In this document: positions 6,653-19,134 of the stretch, in pieces
Layout of the letters: the number at the start of each line of letters is the position of its first letter
How positions within the stretch are numbered: the stretch's first letter is position 1
NCBI GenBank assembly: GCA_026989015.1
Contig: JALSKD010000177.1
Location: 401-64,400 of the forward strand
Direction: 5' to 3'
Source of the DNA: Gammaproteobacteria bacterium
Lineage (GTDB): Bacteria > Pseudomonadota > Gammaproteobacteria > GCA-001735895
DNA: 64,000 nt
Position numbers and translations under genes: made by a program
The notes under the pieces: generated by a model
What the model saw: only the letters and a program-made list of their open reading frames with translations
Told to the model about the DNA's origin: nothing
Database searches by the model: none

Positions 6653-9600
6653 TCATTCATCCCCGCTGCCCAGCAACCGGGCGTTGCCGCCGATGGCGGC
6701 GGTGTTGACGGTTACCGTCCGCTCGGTGGCGAAGCGCGGCAGGTAGTGCGGCCCTCCCGCCTTGGGCCCGGTTCCGGACAGGCCTTCGCCACCGAAAGGT
6801 TGCACGCCGACCATGGCGCCAATCATGCTGCGGTTGATGTACAGGTTGCCCACACGGGCGCGGGCCTGCACCCGCCGCCAGGTGGATTCGATGCGGCTGT
6901 GCACTCCAAGGGTGAGCCCGTAACCGGTGGCATTGAGCGTGTCGATCACCCTGTCCAGATCCTTCCCCCGGTAACGGATCACATGCAGGATCGGCCCGAA
7001 ATGCTCGCGTTCGAGCAGGGCCATGTCCTCCAGTTCGAAGGCATGGGGCGCCACGAACACCCCGCCGTCGGTTGTCGCAGGCAAGGTGCAGGCATGGATC
7101 AGCCGCGCCTCGCGATGCAGACGCTCGATGTGCGCCAGCAGGTCATCGCGCGCCGCATCGTCGATCACCGGTCCGACATCGGTACGCAGCAGTGCCGGAT
7201 CACCGATGACCAGCCGCTGCATGGCACCCGCCAGCATCTCGATGACCCGGTCGGCAATCTCCTGCTGCAGGTACAGCACCCGCAACGCCGAACAGCGTTG
7301 TCCGCTGGAGCCAAACGCCGAGGTGAGGACATCCCTCACCACCTGTTCGGGCAGGGCCGAACTGTCCACCAGCATCGCGTTCTGGCCGCCGGTTTCGGCG
7401 ATCAGCACGGCGATGGGGCCTTGCCGCGCCGCCAGTGTGCGGTTGATGGACGCGGCGGTTTCGGTGGAGCCGGTAAACACCACACCGGCCACCTTCGGGT
7501 GAGCGCAGAGCTGGCTACCCAGGGTTTCGCCGCGCCCCGGCAACAGCTGCAACACGGTCTCCGGGACACCCGCTTCAATGAAGCATTCGGTAGCCAACCG
7601 GGCGATACCTACCGTCTGTTCGGCAGGCTTGGCAATGACGCTGTTGCCGGCCACCAGAGCGGCCGCCACCTGACCGCTGAAAATGGCCAGCGGAAAGTTC
7701 CAGGGGCTGATGCAGACGAAGACCCCCCGGCCGTGGTGGAACAGCCGATTGCGCTCGCCGGTGGGCCCGGGCAGGTCCAGCGGCGACAGGGCACGCCGCG
7801 CCTCGGCCGCGTAGTAGCGACAGAAATCCGCTGCCTCGCGGACCTCGGCCAGGGCATCGGGCAGGGTTTTGCCGGCTTCCTCGACACACAGGCGCATGAA
7901 ATGCTCCCGCTTGAGTTCGATCAGATCGGCGGCGCGCTCCAGGCATTCGGCCCGCTGTTCCAGCCTGCACGCATCCCACCCCGGCTGGGCGGCATGGGAC
8001 TGCTCAACCGCCGCATCGACGCTGGCCGCGTCCGGCTCGATCCAGTGGCCGAGCTGCCTGCGCCGTTGCGGACAGCGTATCGGCCAGCGGGCAGCCGCTT
8101 TCCAGGAAACGGCCATCAGCGGCGTGACTTCCGCAGGCAGGCAGGGGCTGGCCTGCAGTCCCTCCGCCAGCGTTTTCTGCAGGCTGAAGTCGGCCAGAAA
8201 CAGACCCCGCGAATTGCGCCGTTGCGGCAGAAACAGCTCGGGCGGTTTGGGTATCGCCGGATTGGCGACCGTTTTCAGGGCGCGCAGCCGTCGCAGCGGA
8301 TCACCCACCACCGCCTCCGGTGGCTGCTGTTCATCGAGTATGCGGTTGACGAAGGAGGTGTTGGCACCGTTTTCCAGCAACCGCCGCACCAGGTAGGGCA
8401 GCAGATCTTGGTGGCTGCCCACCGGCGCATAGACCCGGCAGCGCAGGTCAGCGCCAGCCTCCTCGCTCACCACCCGGTAGAGCTGGGCACCCATGCCGTG
8501 CAGGCGCTGGAATTCGAAGCCCTGCAAGTCGCCGGCCCAGGCCAATACGGCGGCGATGCCGTGGGCATTGTGGGTGGCCAGTTGCGGATAGAAACACTCG
8601 CGGCGATCGAGCAGAAAACGCGCACCCGCCAGCCAGGAGACATCGCTGTTGATCTTTCGGGTGAACACCGGGTAGTCATCGAGTCCCCGCTCCTGGGCCA
8701 GCTTGATTTCGGTATCCCAGTAAGCGCCCTTGACCAGCCGCACCGGGATACGCCGCCGATGCGTCCGTGCCCGTTCTTCCAGCCATTCGAGCACCGCCAT
8801 CGAGCGTTTCTGATAGGCCTGAACGGCCAGCCCCAGTCCGTCCCATCCGCGCAGCCGCCGGTCCTCCAGCAAGCGGTCGAACAGCAGCAGGCTGATTTCC
8901 AGGCGATCCGCCTCTTCCGCATCCAGGGTCAGGCCGATACCGGCTTCACGGGCTGCCAGAGCCAGTTCGCTCAGCCGTGGCAGCAACTCTTCCAGCAGGA
9001 CTCCGATCTGGGCGGGTTCGTAGCGCGGGTGCAAGGCCGATAGCTTGATCGAGATGCCGTGCCGACGCATCGGGTCGTGTTCGCCGGGGCGGTCAGCCGC
9101 CAACGCATCGATGGCCTGCAGGTAGGCCTGATGATAGCGTTCGGCATCGGCATCGGTCAGCGCGGCCTCGCCGAGCATGTCGAAGGAACAGAGGGCGCTG
9201 TCCTGTTCCGGCTCACGCGCACGCTTCAGCGCATCGTCGATGCCGCGCCCCATGACGAATTGACGCGCCATGATCTTCATCGCCTGGCGCAGGGCGAGCT
9301 GGATGACCGGTTCGCCGCTGCGCCGGACCAGCTGCCCAAACCAGCTCCGCCAGCCCTGCTCGCGTTCGGGATCGATGTCGATGATGCGGCCGGTGAGCAT
9401 CAGCCCCCAGGTGGAAGCATTGACGAACAGCGAATCGCTGTGGCCCAGGTGCCGTTCCCAGCGGGCCTGGGCGATCTTGTCCTCGATCAGTCGTTCCGCG
9501 GTCTCCTCGTCGGGAATGCGCAGCAAGGCCTCGGCGATGCACATCAGCAGCACACCCTCTTCCGAGGACAGGTCGTATTCGTGCATGAAGGCGTCGATGG

Positions 9601-9811
9601 CGCTGCGTTCGCCACTGCGGGCGCGGACGGAGCGCACCCAGTCTGCCGCCCGTTGTTCAATGGAGCCGGCGAGCGCTTCATGGCCCTGCAATACGGTCAG
9701 GCGGTCCGCGACAATCCGTGCCTCGTCGGCCAATGCATCGCGGTGCAGGCTTTCGGGAAGAGCGGCCTCTTCGAGTAACCCGGGCTCAAGAACAAAAGCG
9801 TGCGGCGGCAT
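6653..9811 (-). CDS. putA: Bifunctional proline dehydrogenase / 1-pyrroline-5-carboxylate dehydrogenase PutA (no N-terminal RHH DNA-binding domain)
   Basis: 1052 aa. An N-terminal PRODH barrel region plus a C-terminal ALDH domain (…ETGGQNAMLVDSSALPEQVV…GQRCSALRVLYLQ…). Confidence 0.9.
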   Translation of the reverse strand: MPPHAFVLEPGLLEEAALPESLHRDALADEARIVADRLTVLQGHEALAGSIEQRAADWVRSVRARSGERSAIDAFMHEYDLSSEEGVLLMCIAEALLRIPDEETAERLIEDKIAQARWERHLGHSDSLFVNASTWGLMLTGRIIDIDPEREQGWRSWFGQLVRRSGEPVIQLALRQAMKIMARQFVMGRGIDDALKRAREPEQDSALCSFDMLGEAALTDADAERYHQAYLQAIDALAADRPGEHDPMRRHGISIKLSALHPRYEPAQIGVLLEELLPRLSELALAAREAGIGLTLDAEEADRLEISLLLFDRLLEDRRLRGWDGLGLAVQAYQKRSMAVLEWLEERARTHRRRIPVRLVKGAYWDTEIKLAQERGLDDYPVFTRKINSDVSWLAGARFLLDRRECFYPQLATHNAHGIAAVLAWAGDLQGFEFQRLHGMGAQLYRVVSEEAGADLRCRVYAPVGSHQDLLPYLVRRLLENGANTSFVNRILDEQQPPEAVVGDPLRRLRALKTVANPAIPKPPELFLPQRRNSRGLFLADFSLQKTLAEGLQASPCLPAEVTPLMAVSWKAAARWPIRCPQRRRQLGHWIEPDAASVDAAVEQSHAAQPGWDACRLEQRAECLERAADLIELKREHFMRLCVEEAGKTLPDALAEVREAADFCRYYAAEARRALSPLDLPGPTGERNRLFHHGRGVFVCISPWNFPLAIFSGQVAAALVAGNSVIAKPAEQTVGIARLATECFIEAGVPETVLQLLPGRGETLGSQLCAHPKVAGVVFTGSTETAASINRTLAARQGPIAVLIAETGGQNAMLVDSSALPEQVVRDVLTSAFGSSGQRCSALRVLYLQQEIADRVIEMLAGAMQRLVIGDPALLRTDVGPVIDDAARDDLLAHIERLHREARLIHACTLPATTDGGVFVAPHAFELEDMALLEREHFGPILHVIRYRGKDLDRVIDTLNATGYGLTLGVHSRIESTWRRVQARARVGNLYINRSMIGAMVGVQPFGGEGLSGTGPKAGGPHYLPRFATERTVTVNTAAIGGNARLLGSGDE

Positions 9812-9911
9812 CGGCTTACCTCGGCAATCGGTTTCGATCCGAAACCAATTTCCTCCATCAGCCCGATGAATTCAAGAACCGTCCAGTTATAAGCGTTATC
9901 AGAAAAATGCC

Positions 9912-9939
9912 TTGAATTACTGCCTTTGCAGGGCATAAT
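9912..9939 (+). promoter_or_regulatory. Candidate sigma-70 promoter for liv operon (TTGAAT-N16-CATAAT)
   Basis: -35 TTGAAT at 9912-9917 and -10 CATAAT at 9934-9939. A GC-rich inverted repeat (CGCGCAGATTGCGCCGTTGGCGCGA) lies just downstream. Confidence 0.35.
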
Positions 9940-9987
9940 CGCGCAGATTGCGCCGTTGGCGCGAGCCACCGTATCGCGGAGAAGACT

Positions 9988-10902
9988 TTGGAGTATTTCA
10001 TCCAGCAACTGATCAACGGGGTCACACTGGGTTCGATCTATGGTCTCATCGCCATCGGTTACACCATGGTGTACGGCATCATCGGCATGATCAACTTTGC
10101 CCATGGTGACATCTTCATGGTCGGCGCCTTCGTGTCGCTGATCATCTTCGTGGCCCTGGGCCTGGCCGGTGTCACCTTCGTGCCCCTGGCCTTTGCCATC
10201 GTGCTCATCGTCGCCATCGTTATCACCTCGGTCTATGGCTGGACGGTCGAGCGCCTCGCCTACCGCCCGTTGCGCGGTTCCTTCCGGCTGGCGCCGCTGA
10301 TCTCCGCAATCGGCATGTCCATCTTCCTGCAGAACTTCGTGCAGCTGGCCCAGGGCGCGCGGGTCAAGCCGATGCCACCGATGATCACCGGCGGCTTCAC
10401 CTTCCTCGAGGGCAGTGATTTCAGCATCACCCTGAGCTGGATGCAGATCATCATCGTGTCGCTGACGGTGGTGCTGATGGCGGGCTTCGCCCTGCTCATC
10501 GCCCGCACACCGCTGGGCCGTGCCCAGCGTGCCTGCGAACAGGACCGCACCATGGCCGCACTGCTCGGCGTCAATGTGGACCGCACCATCTCGCTGACCT
10601 TCGTCATGGGCGCGGCGCTGGCCGCGGTGGCGGGCATGATGTTCCTGCTCTACTACGGCGTGATCGATTTCTACATCGGCTTCCTGGCCGGCATCAAGGC
10701 CTTCACTGCCGCGGTGCTGGGCGGCATCGGCTCGCTGCCCGGCGCGATGCTCGGCGGGCTGCTGATCGGCCTCATCGAGACCTTCTGGTCGGCCTATTTC
10801 ACCATCGAGTACAAGGATGTGGCGGCCTTCTCCATCCTCGTGCTGGCCCTGATCTTCCGCCCTTACGGCCTGCTCGGCAAACCCGAAATCGAGAAGGTGT
10901 AG
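9988..10902 (+). CDS. livH: Branched-chain amino acid ABC transporter permease LivH
   Basis: [41 protein letters not shown]… is the canonical LivH N-terminus. The start is probably non-ATG (TTG). Confidence 0.85.
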   Translation: MEYFIQQLINGVTLGSIYGLIAIGYTMVYGIIGMINFAHGDIFMVGAFVSLIIFVALGLAGVTFVPLAFAIVLIVAIVITSVYGWTVERLAYRPLRGSFRLAPLISAIGMSIFLQNFVQLAQGARVKPMPPMITGGFTFLEGSDFSITLSWMQIIIVSLTVVLMAGFALLIARTPLGRAQRACEQDRTMAALLGVNVDRTISLTFVMGAALAAVAGMMFLLYYGVIDFYIGFLAGIKAFTAAVLGGIGSLPGAMLGGLLIGLIETFWSAYFTIEYKDVAAFSILVLALIFRPYGLLGKPEIEKV

Positions 10903-10906
10903 TCCG

Positions 10907-13094
<2,188 letters not shown>

Positions 13095-13095
<1 letters not shown>

Positions 13096-13802
13096 TGCTG
13101 ACCCTGGAAGGCGTACAGACCTATTACGGCAACATCGAGGCACTCAAGGGCATCGATCTTGAAGTGCAGCAGGGCGAAATCGTCACCATCATCGGTGCCA
13201 ACGGTGCCGGCAAGAGCACCACGCTGATGACCATCTGTGGCCTGCCCCGCGCCGCAGAGGGGCGGATCCGCTTCGAGCAGTACGACATCACCCGCATGCC
13301 AACCCACGAGATCGTTCAGCTGGGCATCGCCCAATCGCCGGAAGGCCGGCGCATCTTCCCGCGCATGACGGTGCTGGAGAACCTGCAGATGGGGGCTTCC
13401 AAGTCCAATCCGGACTTCTTCGAACAGGACCTGGCCCATGTGCAGGAACTGTTCCCCATCCTCAAGAAACGCGAGAACCAGCGCGGCGGAACCCTCTCCG
13501 GCGGTGAACAACAAATGCTCGCCATCGCCCGCGCGCTGATGAGCCGACCGCGCCTGCTGCTGCTCGACGAGCCGTCACTGGGCCTGGCACCGCTGGTGGT
13601 GCGGCAGATCTTCGAAGTCATCGAACAGATCAACCGCGAGGACGATGTCACCGTGCTGCTGGTGGAACAGAATGCGTTTCATGCGCTCAAGCTGGCGCAC
13701 CGGGGCTATGTCATGGTCAACGGCCGGATCACCCTGAGCGGTGCCGGCGACGAGCTGCTGGACATGCCCGAAGTACGGGCAGCCTATCTGGAGGGCGGAT
13801 GA
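13095..13802 (+). CDS. livF: Branched-chain amino acid ABC transporter ATP-binding protein LivF
   Basis: MLTLEGVQTYYGNIEALKGIDLEVQQGEIVTIIGANGAGKST…; the TGATG stop/start overlaps livG. Confidence 0.85.
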
Positions 13803-14146
13803 TGATCGACTGGGGACTGTTCACCGGCATCACGATCATACTGGGCGGCGGAGCCGCCTGGATGATGGGTCAGGCACTGGCCGCAGGCTGGAAACCGGCC
13901 TGGCATGCCGTACTCTACAGCCTGTTGCTGGGCGCAGCCGACCGCTTTCTGATCTTCGCGCTGTTCGATGGCGAACTGCTGTCCGTCCGCGGCTATGTCA
14001 TGGACACGCTGACACTGATGCTGATCGGCCTGGCCGGCTGGCGCGCCACCCGCGCCCGCAAGATGGTCGGACAGTATCCCTGGCTCTACGAACGCAGCGG
14101 CTTTTTCACCTGGAAACTGCGGCAGGATGCCGAAGATTCCGCTTGA
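13799..14146 (+). CDS. Small membrane protein embedded in liv operon (hypothetical)
   Basis: 115 aa with 3 predicted TM segments. ATGA overlap with the livF stop. Coding-like GC3. Confidence 0.5.
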   Translation: MMIDWGLFTGITIILGGGAAWMMGQALAAGWKPAWHAVLYSLLLGAADRFLIFALFDGELLSVRGYVMDTLTLMLIGLAGWRATRARKMVGQYPWLYERSGFFTWKLRQDAEDSA

Positions 14147-14235
14147 GCCGGCAATCCGTTAAGATGCCATTCAGCGGGGCCATCGCATGATGACGGCCCC
14201 GATTTCACAGAAGAAAAACCGGAGGGTATACCACA

Positions 14236-15342
14236 ATGATGAACTTCAAGACACTTGCCTCGGCTGCCATGCTGCTGGGCGCTTTGGGTATCGGCAGCGC
14301 GCAGGCCGAAATCCGCATTGCCACCGCCGGCCCGATGACCGGGCAATACGCCAGCTTCGGCCAGCAGATGAAGGCCGGTGCCGAACAGGCCGTGGCCGAC
14401 ATCAACGCCAAGGGCGGCGTGTTGGGCCAGAAACTGGTGCTGGAAATCGGCGATGACGCCTGCGACCCGAAACAGGCGGTCGCCGTTGCCAACCAGATGG
14501 TCAACAAGGGCGTGGTCTTCATGGCCGGGCATTTCTGCTCCGGCTCTTCGATCCCGGCTTCCAAGGTCTACGAGGAAGAAGGCGTGGTGATGATCTCCCC
14601 CGCGTCCACCAACCCCAAGCTGACCGACGAGGGCGGCGACCTGGTATTCCGTGTCTGCGGTCGTGACGACCAGCAGGGCATGGTCGCCGGCAAGTTCCTG
14701 GCCGAGAAATTCAAGGGCAAGAACATCGCCATCATTCATGACAAGACCGCCTACGGCAAGGGCCTGGCCGACGAAACCCGCAAGTACCTGCGCAAGTTCG
14801 GCAGCAAGGAGAAGATGTACGAAGCCATCACCGCCGGCGAGAAGGACTACTCCGCGCTGGTCTCCAAGCTCAAGCGCAACAAGATCGATGTGCTCTACCT
14901 GGGCGGCTACCACACCGAGGCCGGCCTGATCATCCGCCAGATGCGTCAGCAGGGCATGGACACCGTTCTGGTCTCCGGCGACGCACTGGTAACCGACGAG
15001 TTCTGGTCGATCACCGGCAAGGACGGCGAAGGCACCCTGATGACCTTCAGCCCGGACCCGCGCAAAAACCCTGACGCCGCACCGGTGGTCAAGGAATTCC
15101 GCGCCAAGGGCATCGAGCCGGAAGGCTATGTTCTCTACACCTACGGCGCCATCCAGGCCTGGGCCCAGGCCGCCGAGCAGGCCGGCAGCACCGATGTCAA
15201 CAAGGTCACCAAGGCCCTGCACAGCGGCAAGTTCGACACCGTGCTCGGCAAGATCGGCTTCGACAACAAGGGTGACGTCACCGCTCCGGGCTATGTGTTC
15301 TATGTCTGGAAGGACGGAAAGTACGACTACTACAAGGACTGA
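14236..15342 (+). CDS. livK: Branched-chain amino acid ABC transporter substrate-binding protein (LivJ/LivK-like)
   Basis: Signal peptide MMNFKTLASAAMLLGALGIGSAQA followed by a type-I periplasmic binding protein fold (EIRIATAGPMTGQYASFG…). Confidence 0.85.
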   Translation: MMNFKTLASAAMLLGALGIGSAQAEIRIATAGPMTGQYASFGQQMKAGAEQAVADINAKGGVLGQKLVLEIGDDACDPKQAVAVANQMVNKGVVFMAGHFCSGSSIPASKVYEEEGVVMISPASTNPKLTDEGGDLVFRVCGRDDQQGMVAGKFLAEKFKGKNIAIIHDKTAYGKGLADETRKYLRKFGSKEKMYEAITAGEKDYSALVSKLKRNKIDVLYLGGYHTEAGLIIRQMRQQGMDTVLVSGDALVTDEFWSITGKDGEGTLMTFSPDPRKNPDAAPVVKEFRAKGIEPEGYVLYTYGAIQAWAQAAEQAGSTDVNKVTKALHSGKFDTVLGKIGFDNKGDVTAPGYVFYVWKDGKYDYYKD

Positions 15343-15366
15343 TTCCGCAGCGTCCTGAAACCGTCA

Positions 15367-15395
15367 GGCCCGGGCCGCAAGGCCCGGGCTTTTTC
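15367..15395 (+). terminator. Intrinsic terminator after livK
   Basis: GGCCCGGGC-cgcaa-GGCCCGGGC hairpin followed by TTTTT. Confidence 0.7.
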
Positions 15396-15405
15396 GTGCC
15401 CGACA

Positions 15406-16425
15406 TCAAGCGGAAAACAGCGAAAGCGGGTTCCAGCGCCGGCGGGCGGCTAGCGCGGTCAGAACGCAGGTCGTGCCACGGCGTTCCCTGCAGCCGTTCA
15501 TCCAGTCCTTCTTGTAGCCCTCGTTGCCGGTCAGGAAATCCACTTCCACTACACGGTCCTCGTCGATGACCCGCCGCATCATGAAGGCCGTGAGCAGCGT
15601 ACCGGGCGAATACTGCCGCCAGCGCTCGTCATGGGCCAGACGGAAGATGCTCGCCCGCTTCCCGGCCACGAGCCAGATCTGCGCCGCCGCCGGTTCGCCG
15701 CCGGCATGCAACACCCCCAGACGCAGCCAACCCCGCGCCGACGCGCGCTCGACCAGCCCGGCCAGCAGGGCATCGTATTGTTCCCGCGCTTTCCAGCTGG
15801 CGTTGTACACCCGCCGATAATCCTCCAACGCCTGCCCGTCACCGATTTCGGTATGTAGCCGGACAGCCAGCCCCTGCTCCCGTTCCAGCTTGCGCCGCTT
15901 GCGCGACAGCGTATTTCGCAAACGGGTCGGCCGGCCGGCCAGATACGCCTCCCAGGTTTCACCGTCCAGTTCCAAGTAATGGTTGAGGAAACGAAACCCC
16001 TGATGGCACGCATACCCCTGGGCCGACAACTGCTGCTGTACAGCGTGCATTCCGGGATCGTCAGCCTCATGGGGACCCAGCGTCAGCCGGTGTACGCCGC
16101 TGGCCCGCAGGCCGGCGGCCAGGCACTCGATGACATCCGTTCGTCGCGCGTCGGCCAGCAGCGGCGCGTAGAGACTGCTGTAGCGGTGCGTGAAGGCGCT
16201 GTACCCGTCCTCCTCCCGATAGATCAGCGGCAGCAGCGCCAGCATCCGCTCCCCGTCCATCACCGAGGCGAGGTAGAGCGATTGACCGGCCTCCAGCCCC
16301 CGTTCAACCAGCAGTTCGAACCAGCTACGGGACAGAAAGACGCTCCGTTCCTCGGCCTGACCGAACAGTGTCTGGCTGGACGGCGGCAGTGCGTCCAGTG
16401 CGTCGAAGCTGCAGTACCGCATCAC
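15406..16425 (-). CDS. GNAT-fold acyltransferase of the FemAB/CelD (BioF2-like) type
   Basis: 339 aa. …DFLTGNEGYKKDW… at the C-terminus and the overall length fit FemAB/CelD-like peptidyl/acyl transferases. It is the last gene of the lysine dehydrogenase-amaB operon. Confidence 0.55.
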   Translation of the reverse strand: MMRYCSFDALDALPPSSQTLFGQAEERSVFLSRSWFELLVERGLEAGQSLYLASVMDGERMLALLPLIYREEDGYSAFTHRYSSLYAPLLADARRTDVIECLAAGLRASGVHRLTLGPHEADDPGMHAVQQQLSAQGYACHQGFRFLNHYLELDGETWEAYLAGRPTRLRNTLSRKRRKLEREQGLAVRLHTEIGDGQALEDYRRVYNASWKAREQYDALLAGLVERASARGWLRLGVLHAGGEPAAAQIWLVAGKRASIFRLAHDERWRQYSPGTLLTAFMMRRVIDEDRVVEVDFLTGNEGYKKDWMNGCRERRGTTCVLTALAARRRWNPLSLFSA

Positions 16426-16437
16426 CGCTCCGGCGGT

Positions 16438-17940
16438 TCAGACATCGAAGCGCACGCCCTGTGCCAGCGGCAGGTCGCGCGAAAAGTTCACGGTGCTGGT
16501 CTGGCGGCGCATGTAGCCCTTCCAGGCGTCGGAGCCGGACTCGCGGCCACCACCGGTGGCCTTCTCGCCACCGAAGGCACCGCCGATCTCCGCGCCGGAC
16601 GGACCGATATTGACATTGGCGATGCCGCAATCCGAACCCCAGGCCGAAAGAAAGGTTTCGGCTTCTCGCAGGTCGTTGGTGAAGATACTGGACGACAGGC
16701 CCTGGGGCACGTCGTTCTGCATCGCAATGGCGTCGTCCAGAACCCTCCAGGTCATCACATAGAGGATCGGGGCAAAGGTCTCCTCGCGCACGATGGCCGT
16801 CTGAGCGGGCATGCGGGCAATGGCCGGACGTACATAGACACCGCCCGCGGGCACGCCTTCCTCGATCCGTTCGCCACCGACGATCTGCGCACCCTCTTCC
16901 TTTGCGCGGGCCAGTGCCTGTTGCATGCGTTGCCAGGCTGCTTCGTCGATCAACGGCCCCAGCAAAATGCCCTCTTCCAGGGGATTGCCGGCCGGCACGC
17001 TGGCATAGGCCGCCTTCAGCCGTTCGATCAGGTCGTCGGCGATGGCTTCATGGACGATCAGCCGTCGCAGCGAGGTACAGCGCTGCCCGCAGGTGCCAAT
17101 CGCCGAGAACAGGATCGCGCGTAGCGCCATGTCAAGATCGGCGCTGGGGGCGACGATCATTGCGTTGTTTCCGCCCAGTTCCAGCAGCGAACGACCAAAA
17201 CGCGCGGCCACCTTCGGCCCCACTTCGCGGCCCATGCGGGTAGAGCCGGTGGCCGACACCAGCGCAACCCGCTTCGAGGAGACCAGAACATCACCCTGCT
17301 CCCGTCCGCCGATGACGATCTGCAGCAGGTGCCGGGGGGCCTCCTCTCCGAAGCGGTGCAGCGCCCTGTCGAACAGGTGCTGACAGGCCAGAGCGGTCAG
17401 CGGCGTCTTCTCGGAGGGTTTCCAGATCAGGCTGTTGCCGCAGACCAGGGACAGGGCCGCATTCCAGGCCCACACCGCCACCGGAAAATTGAAGGCAGTG
17501 ATGATGGCGTTGACACCGAGCGGGTGCCAGGCTTCGGCCATGCGGTGCTCGGGCCGCTCGCTGGCAATGGTCAGACCGAACAGCTGACGGGACTGACCCA
17601 CGGCAAGATCGCAGATATCGATCATTTCCTGCACTTCCCCCAGCCCTTCGGAGAGAATCTTTCCGCACTCCAGGGTGACCAGTTCACCCAGTTGCTGCTT
17701 GTGGGCGCGCAATTCCTCGCCGAGCAGGCGGACCAGTTCACCACGCCGCGGGGGTGGCACGCGACGCCACTTCCGGAAGGCCTCCTCGGCGCGGTCGATC
17801 TGAAGGGGTACTTCTTCACTATCGGTTTCCGCAACATGGCCGAGCAGTGCGCCATCGATGGGGCTGTGCACGGGCCATCCCGACGGACGCTGGGCCCAGT
17901 GTTCCAGGCCCAGCCGGTTCAGCAGTTCCGTTCGATTCAT
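16438..17940 (-). CDS. amaB: Aldehyde dehydrogenase, ALDH7/antiquitin-like (L-piperidine-6-carboxylate / alpha-aminoadipic semialdehyde dehydrogenase)
   Basis: …AITAFNFPVAVWAWNAALSLVCGNSLIWKPSEKTPLTA…ELGGNNAMIV…GTCGQRCTSLRRLIVHE… shows catalytic Cys and Glu motifs with an ALDH7-like pattern. 4-nt overlap with the upstream gene. Confidence 0.75.
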   Translation of the reverse strand: MNRTELLNRLGLEHWAQRPSGWPVHSPIDGALLGHVAETDSEEVPLQIDRAEEAFRKWRRVPPPRRGELVRLLGEELRAHKQQLGELVTLECGKILSEGLGEVQEMIDICDLAVGQSRQLFGLTIASERPEHRMAEAWHPLGVNAIITAFNFPVAVWAWNAALSLVCGNSLIWKPSEKTPLTALACQHLFDRALHRFGEEAPRHLLQIVIGGREQGDVLVSSKRVALVSATGSTRMGREVGPKVAARFGRSLLELGGNNAMIVAPSADLDMALRAILFSAIGTCGQRCTSLRRLIVHEAIADDLIERLKAAYASVPAGNPLEEGILLGPLIDEAAWQRMQQALARAKEEGAQIVGGERIEEGVPAGGVYVRPAIARMPAQTAIVREETFAPILYVMTWRVLDDAIAMQNDVPQGLSSSIFTNDLREAETFLSAWGSDCGIANVNIGPSGAEIGGAFGGEKATGGGRESGSDAWKGYMRRQTSTVNFSRDLPLAQGVRFDV

Positions 17941-19019
17941 CGTTTCGCCTCCTCACCGCTTTGGGTATAGATGCTACCACAGCGGGTACGCAGCAGATCG
18001 TCCAGCCGCAGCTGTTCCTGGCGAATGAACCCCTGGTCTGGAAGATGCCCTTCCCGCAGCAATTCGATGACCGCGCAGGCCGAGGCCGAAGTGGTCCAGG
18101 CAATGGCCGTGCGCATGCGGCCACAGAGCAACCTGGGGTAGTAGGCACGCACAAACTCGTGGCGTTGCAGGCGTCCGTCGGTCCAGCCTTCGGCAGCGGC
18201 ATGGACATAGACCACATCGTCGTCCACGGGCGGTTTGGCGTGGGTCAGGATCAGACCTGCCTGCTCCCGCTGCTCGCGCATCAGCAGCTCATGAAAAAAG
18301 AAATTCATCAGCTGCACATGGCCCGGATAGCGCATCGTCTTGTAATCGAGGTTGTCGATACGGCCATGATAGGTTTCGCACAGGGTGCCCAGACCTCCTG
18401 AAGTCGTGAACGCCTCGAGCTGCACACCGTGGATGTGCACGGTTTCCAGCCATTCCATGGCAGACACCCATTTGCGCTCCCCTTCCTCGATGACCTCGCA
18501 GTCATTGAGGTACTCGTTGACCACGCCCTCGGGTGACCAGTTGAAGGCATAGCCGAGCAGGCCGGTGGGATTCTGCGGCAGTGCGCCGACACGCAATTTC
18601 AGCGAGCGGACCTTGTCGAAGCCTTCCGCCAGATCGGCCCCCACGATGCCAATGAATCCCGGCGCCAGGCCGCACTGCGGCGCCATCACCCCCTTTGCCG
18701 TGGCCGACAGTTCCCGGATCAGCCGGGTGGTGGAGACATCCTCGGTCAGGTCGAAATAGTGCAAGCCCAAACGGTGCGCACAACGCGCAACCCGGGCATT
18801 GAGGTGCCAGGGCAGGCAGGACAGCACCACCTGCTGGTCGGACAGGGCCCGCTCCAGTGCCTCATCGTCTTCGACCCGCAGCCGTTCACAGCGAAAGCCC
18901 GCTTCCTCCGGCAGGGAACCGGCATCCAGTCCGGTGACGACAAAACCGCTGTCATGCAACAGGCAGGCGGCCAGCTCACCGACCTTGCCCAGACCCAGAA
19001 CCGCTACACGCTCAATCAT
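17937..19019 (-). CDS. Saccharopine dehydrogenase-family NAD(P)-dependent enzyme, probable L-lysine 6-dehydrogenase
   Basis: MIERVAVLGLGKVGELAACLL is a Rossmann N-terminus. The protein is 360 aa. Pairing with the ALDH7-like gene and a divergent Lrp regulator fits a lysine-to-aminoadipate pathway. Confidence 0.6.
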   Translation of the reverse strand: MIERVAVLGLGKVGELAACLLHDSGFVVTGLDAGSLPEEAGFRCERLRVEDDEALERALSDQQVVLSCLPWHLNARVARCAHRLGLHYFDLTEDVSTTRLIRELSATAKGVMAPQCGLAPGFIGIVGADLAEGFDKVRSLKLRVGALPQNPTGLLGYAFNWSPEGVVNEYLNDCEVIEEGERKWVSAMEWLETVHIHGVQLEAFTTSGGLGTLCETYHGRIDNLDYKTMRYPGHVQLMNFFFHELLMREQREQAGLILTHAKPPVDDDVVYVHAAAEGWTDGRLQRHEFVRAYYPRLLCGRMRTAIAWTTSASACAVIELLREGHLPDQGFIRQEQLRLDDLLRTRCGSIYTQSGEEAKR

Positions 19020-19134
19020 TGCCTGATGCCTCGTGCTGAAAGTTTCATTCCATCAGCACGGGCGGTCAGATTAAAGAGTCAGATTGATCATAGTGATGTA
19101 TATTTAAAGCATATCGATCAATCGATTCTTAAAT

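Noticed and set aside
6746-9043. 765-aa plus-strand ORF (and the smaller ORFs at 7023, 7575, 7869) inside putA.
   Set aside because: Fully antisense to the confidently identified putA. Arg/Gly/Pro/His-rich nonsense composition.
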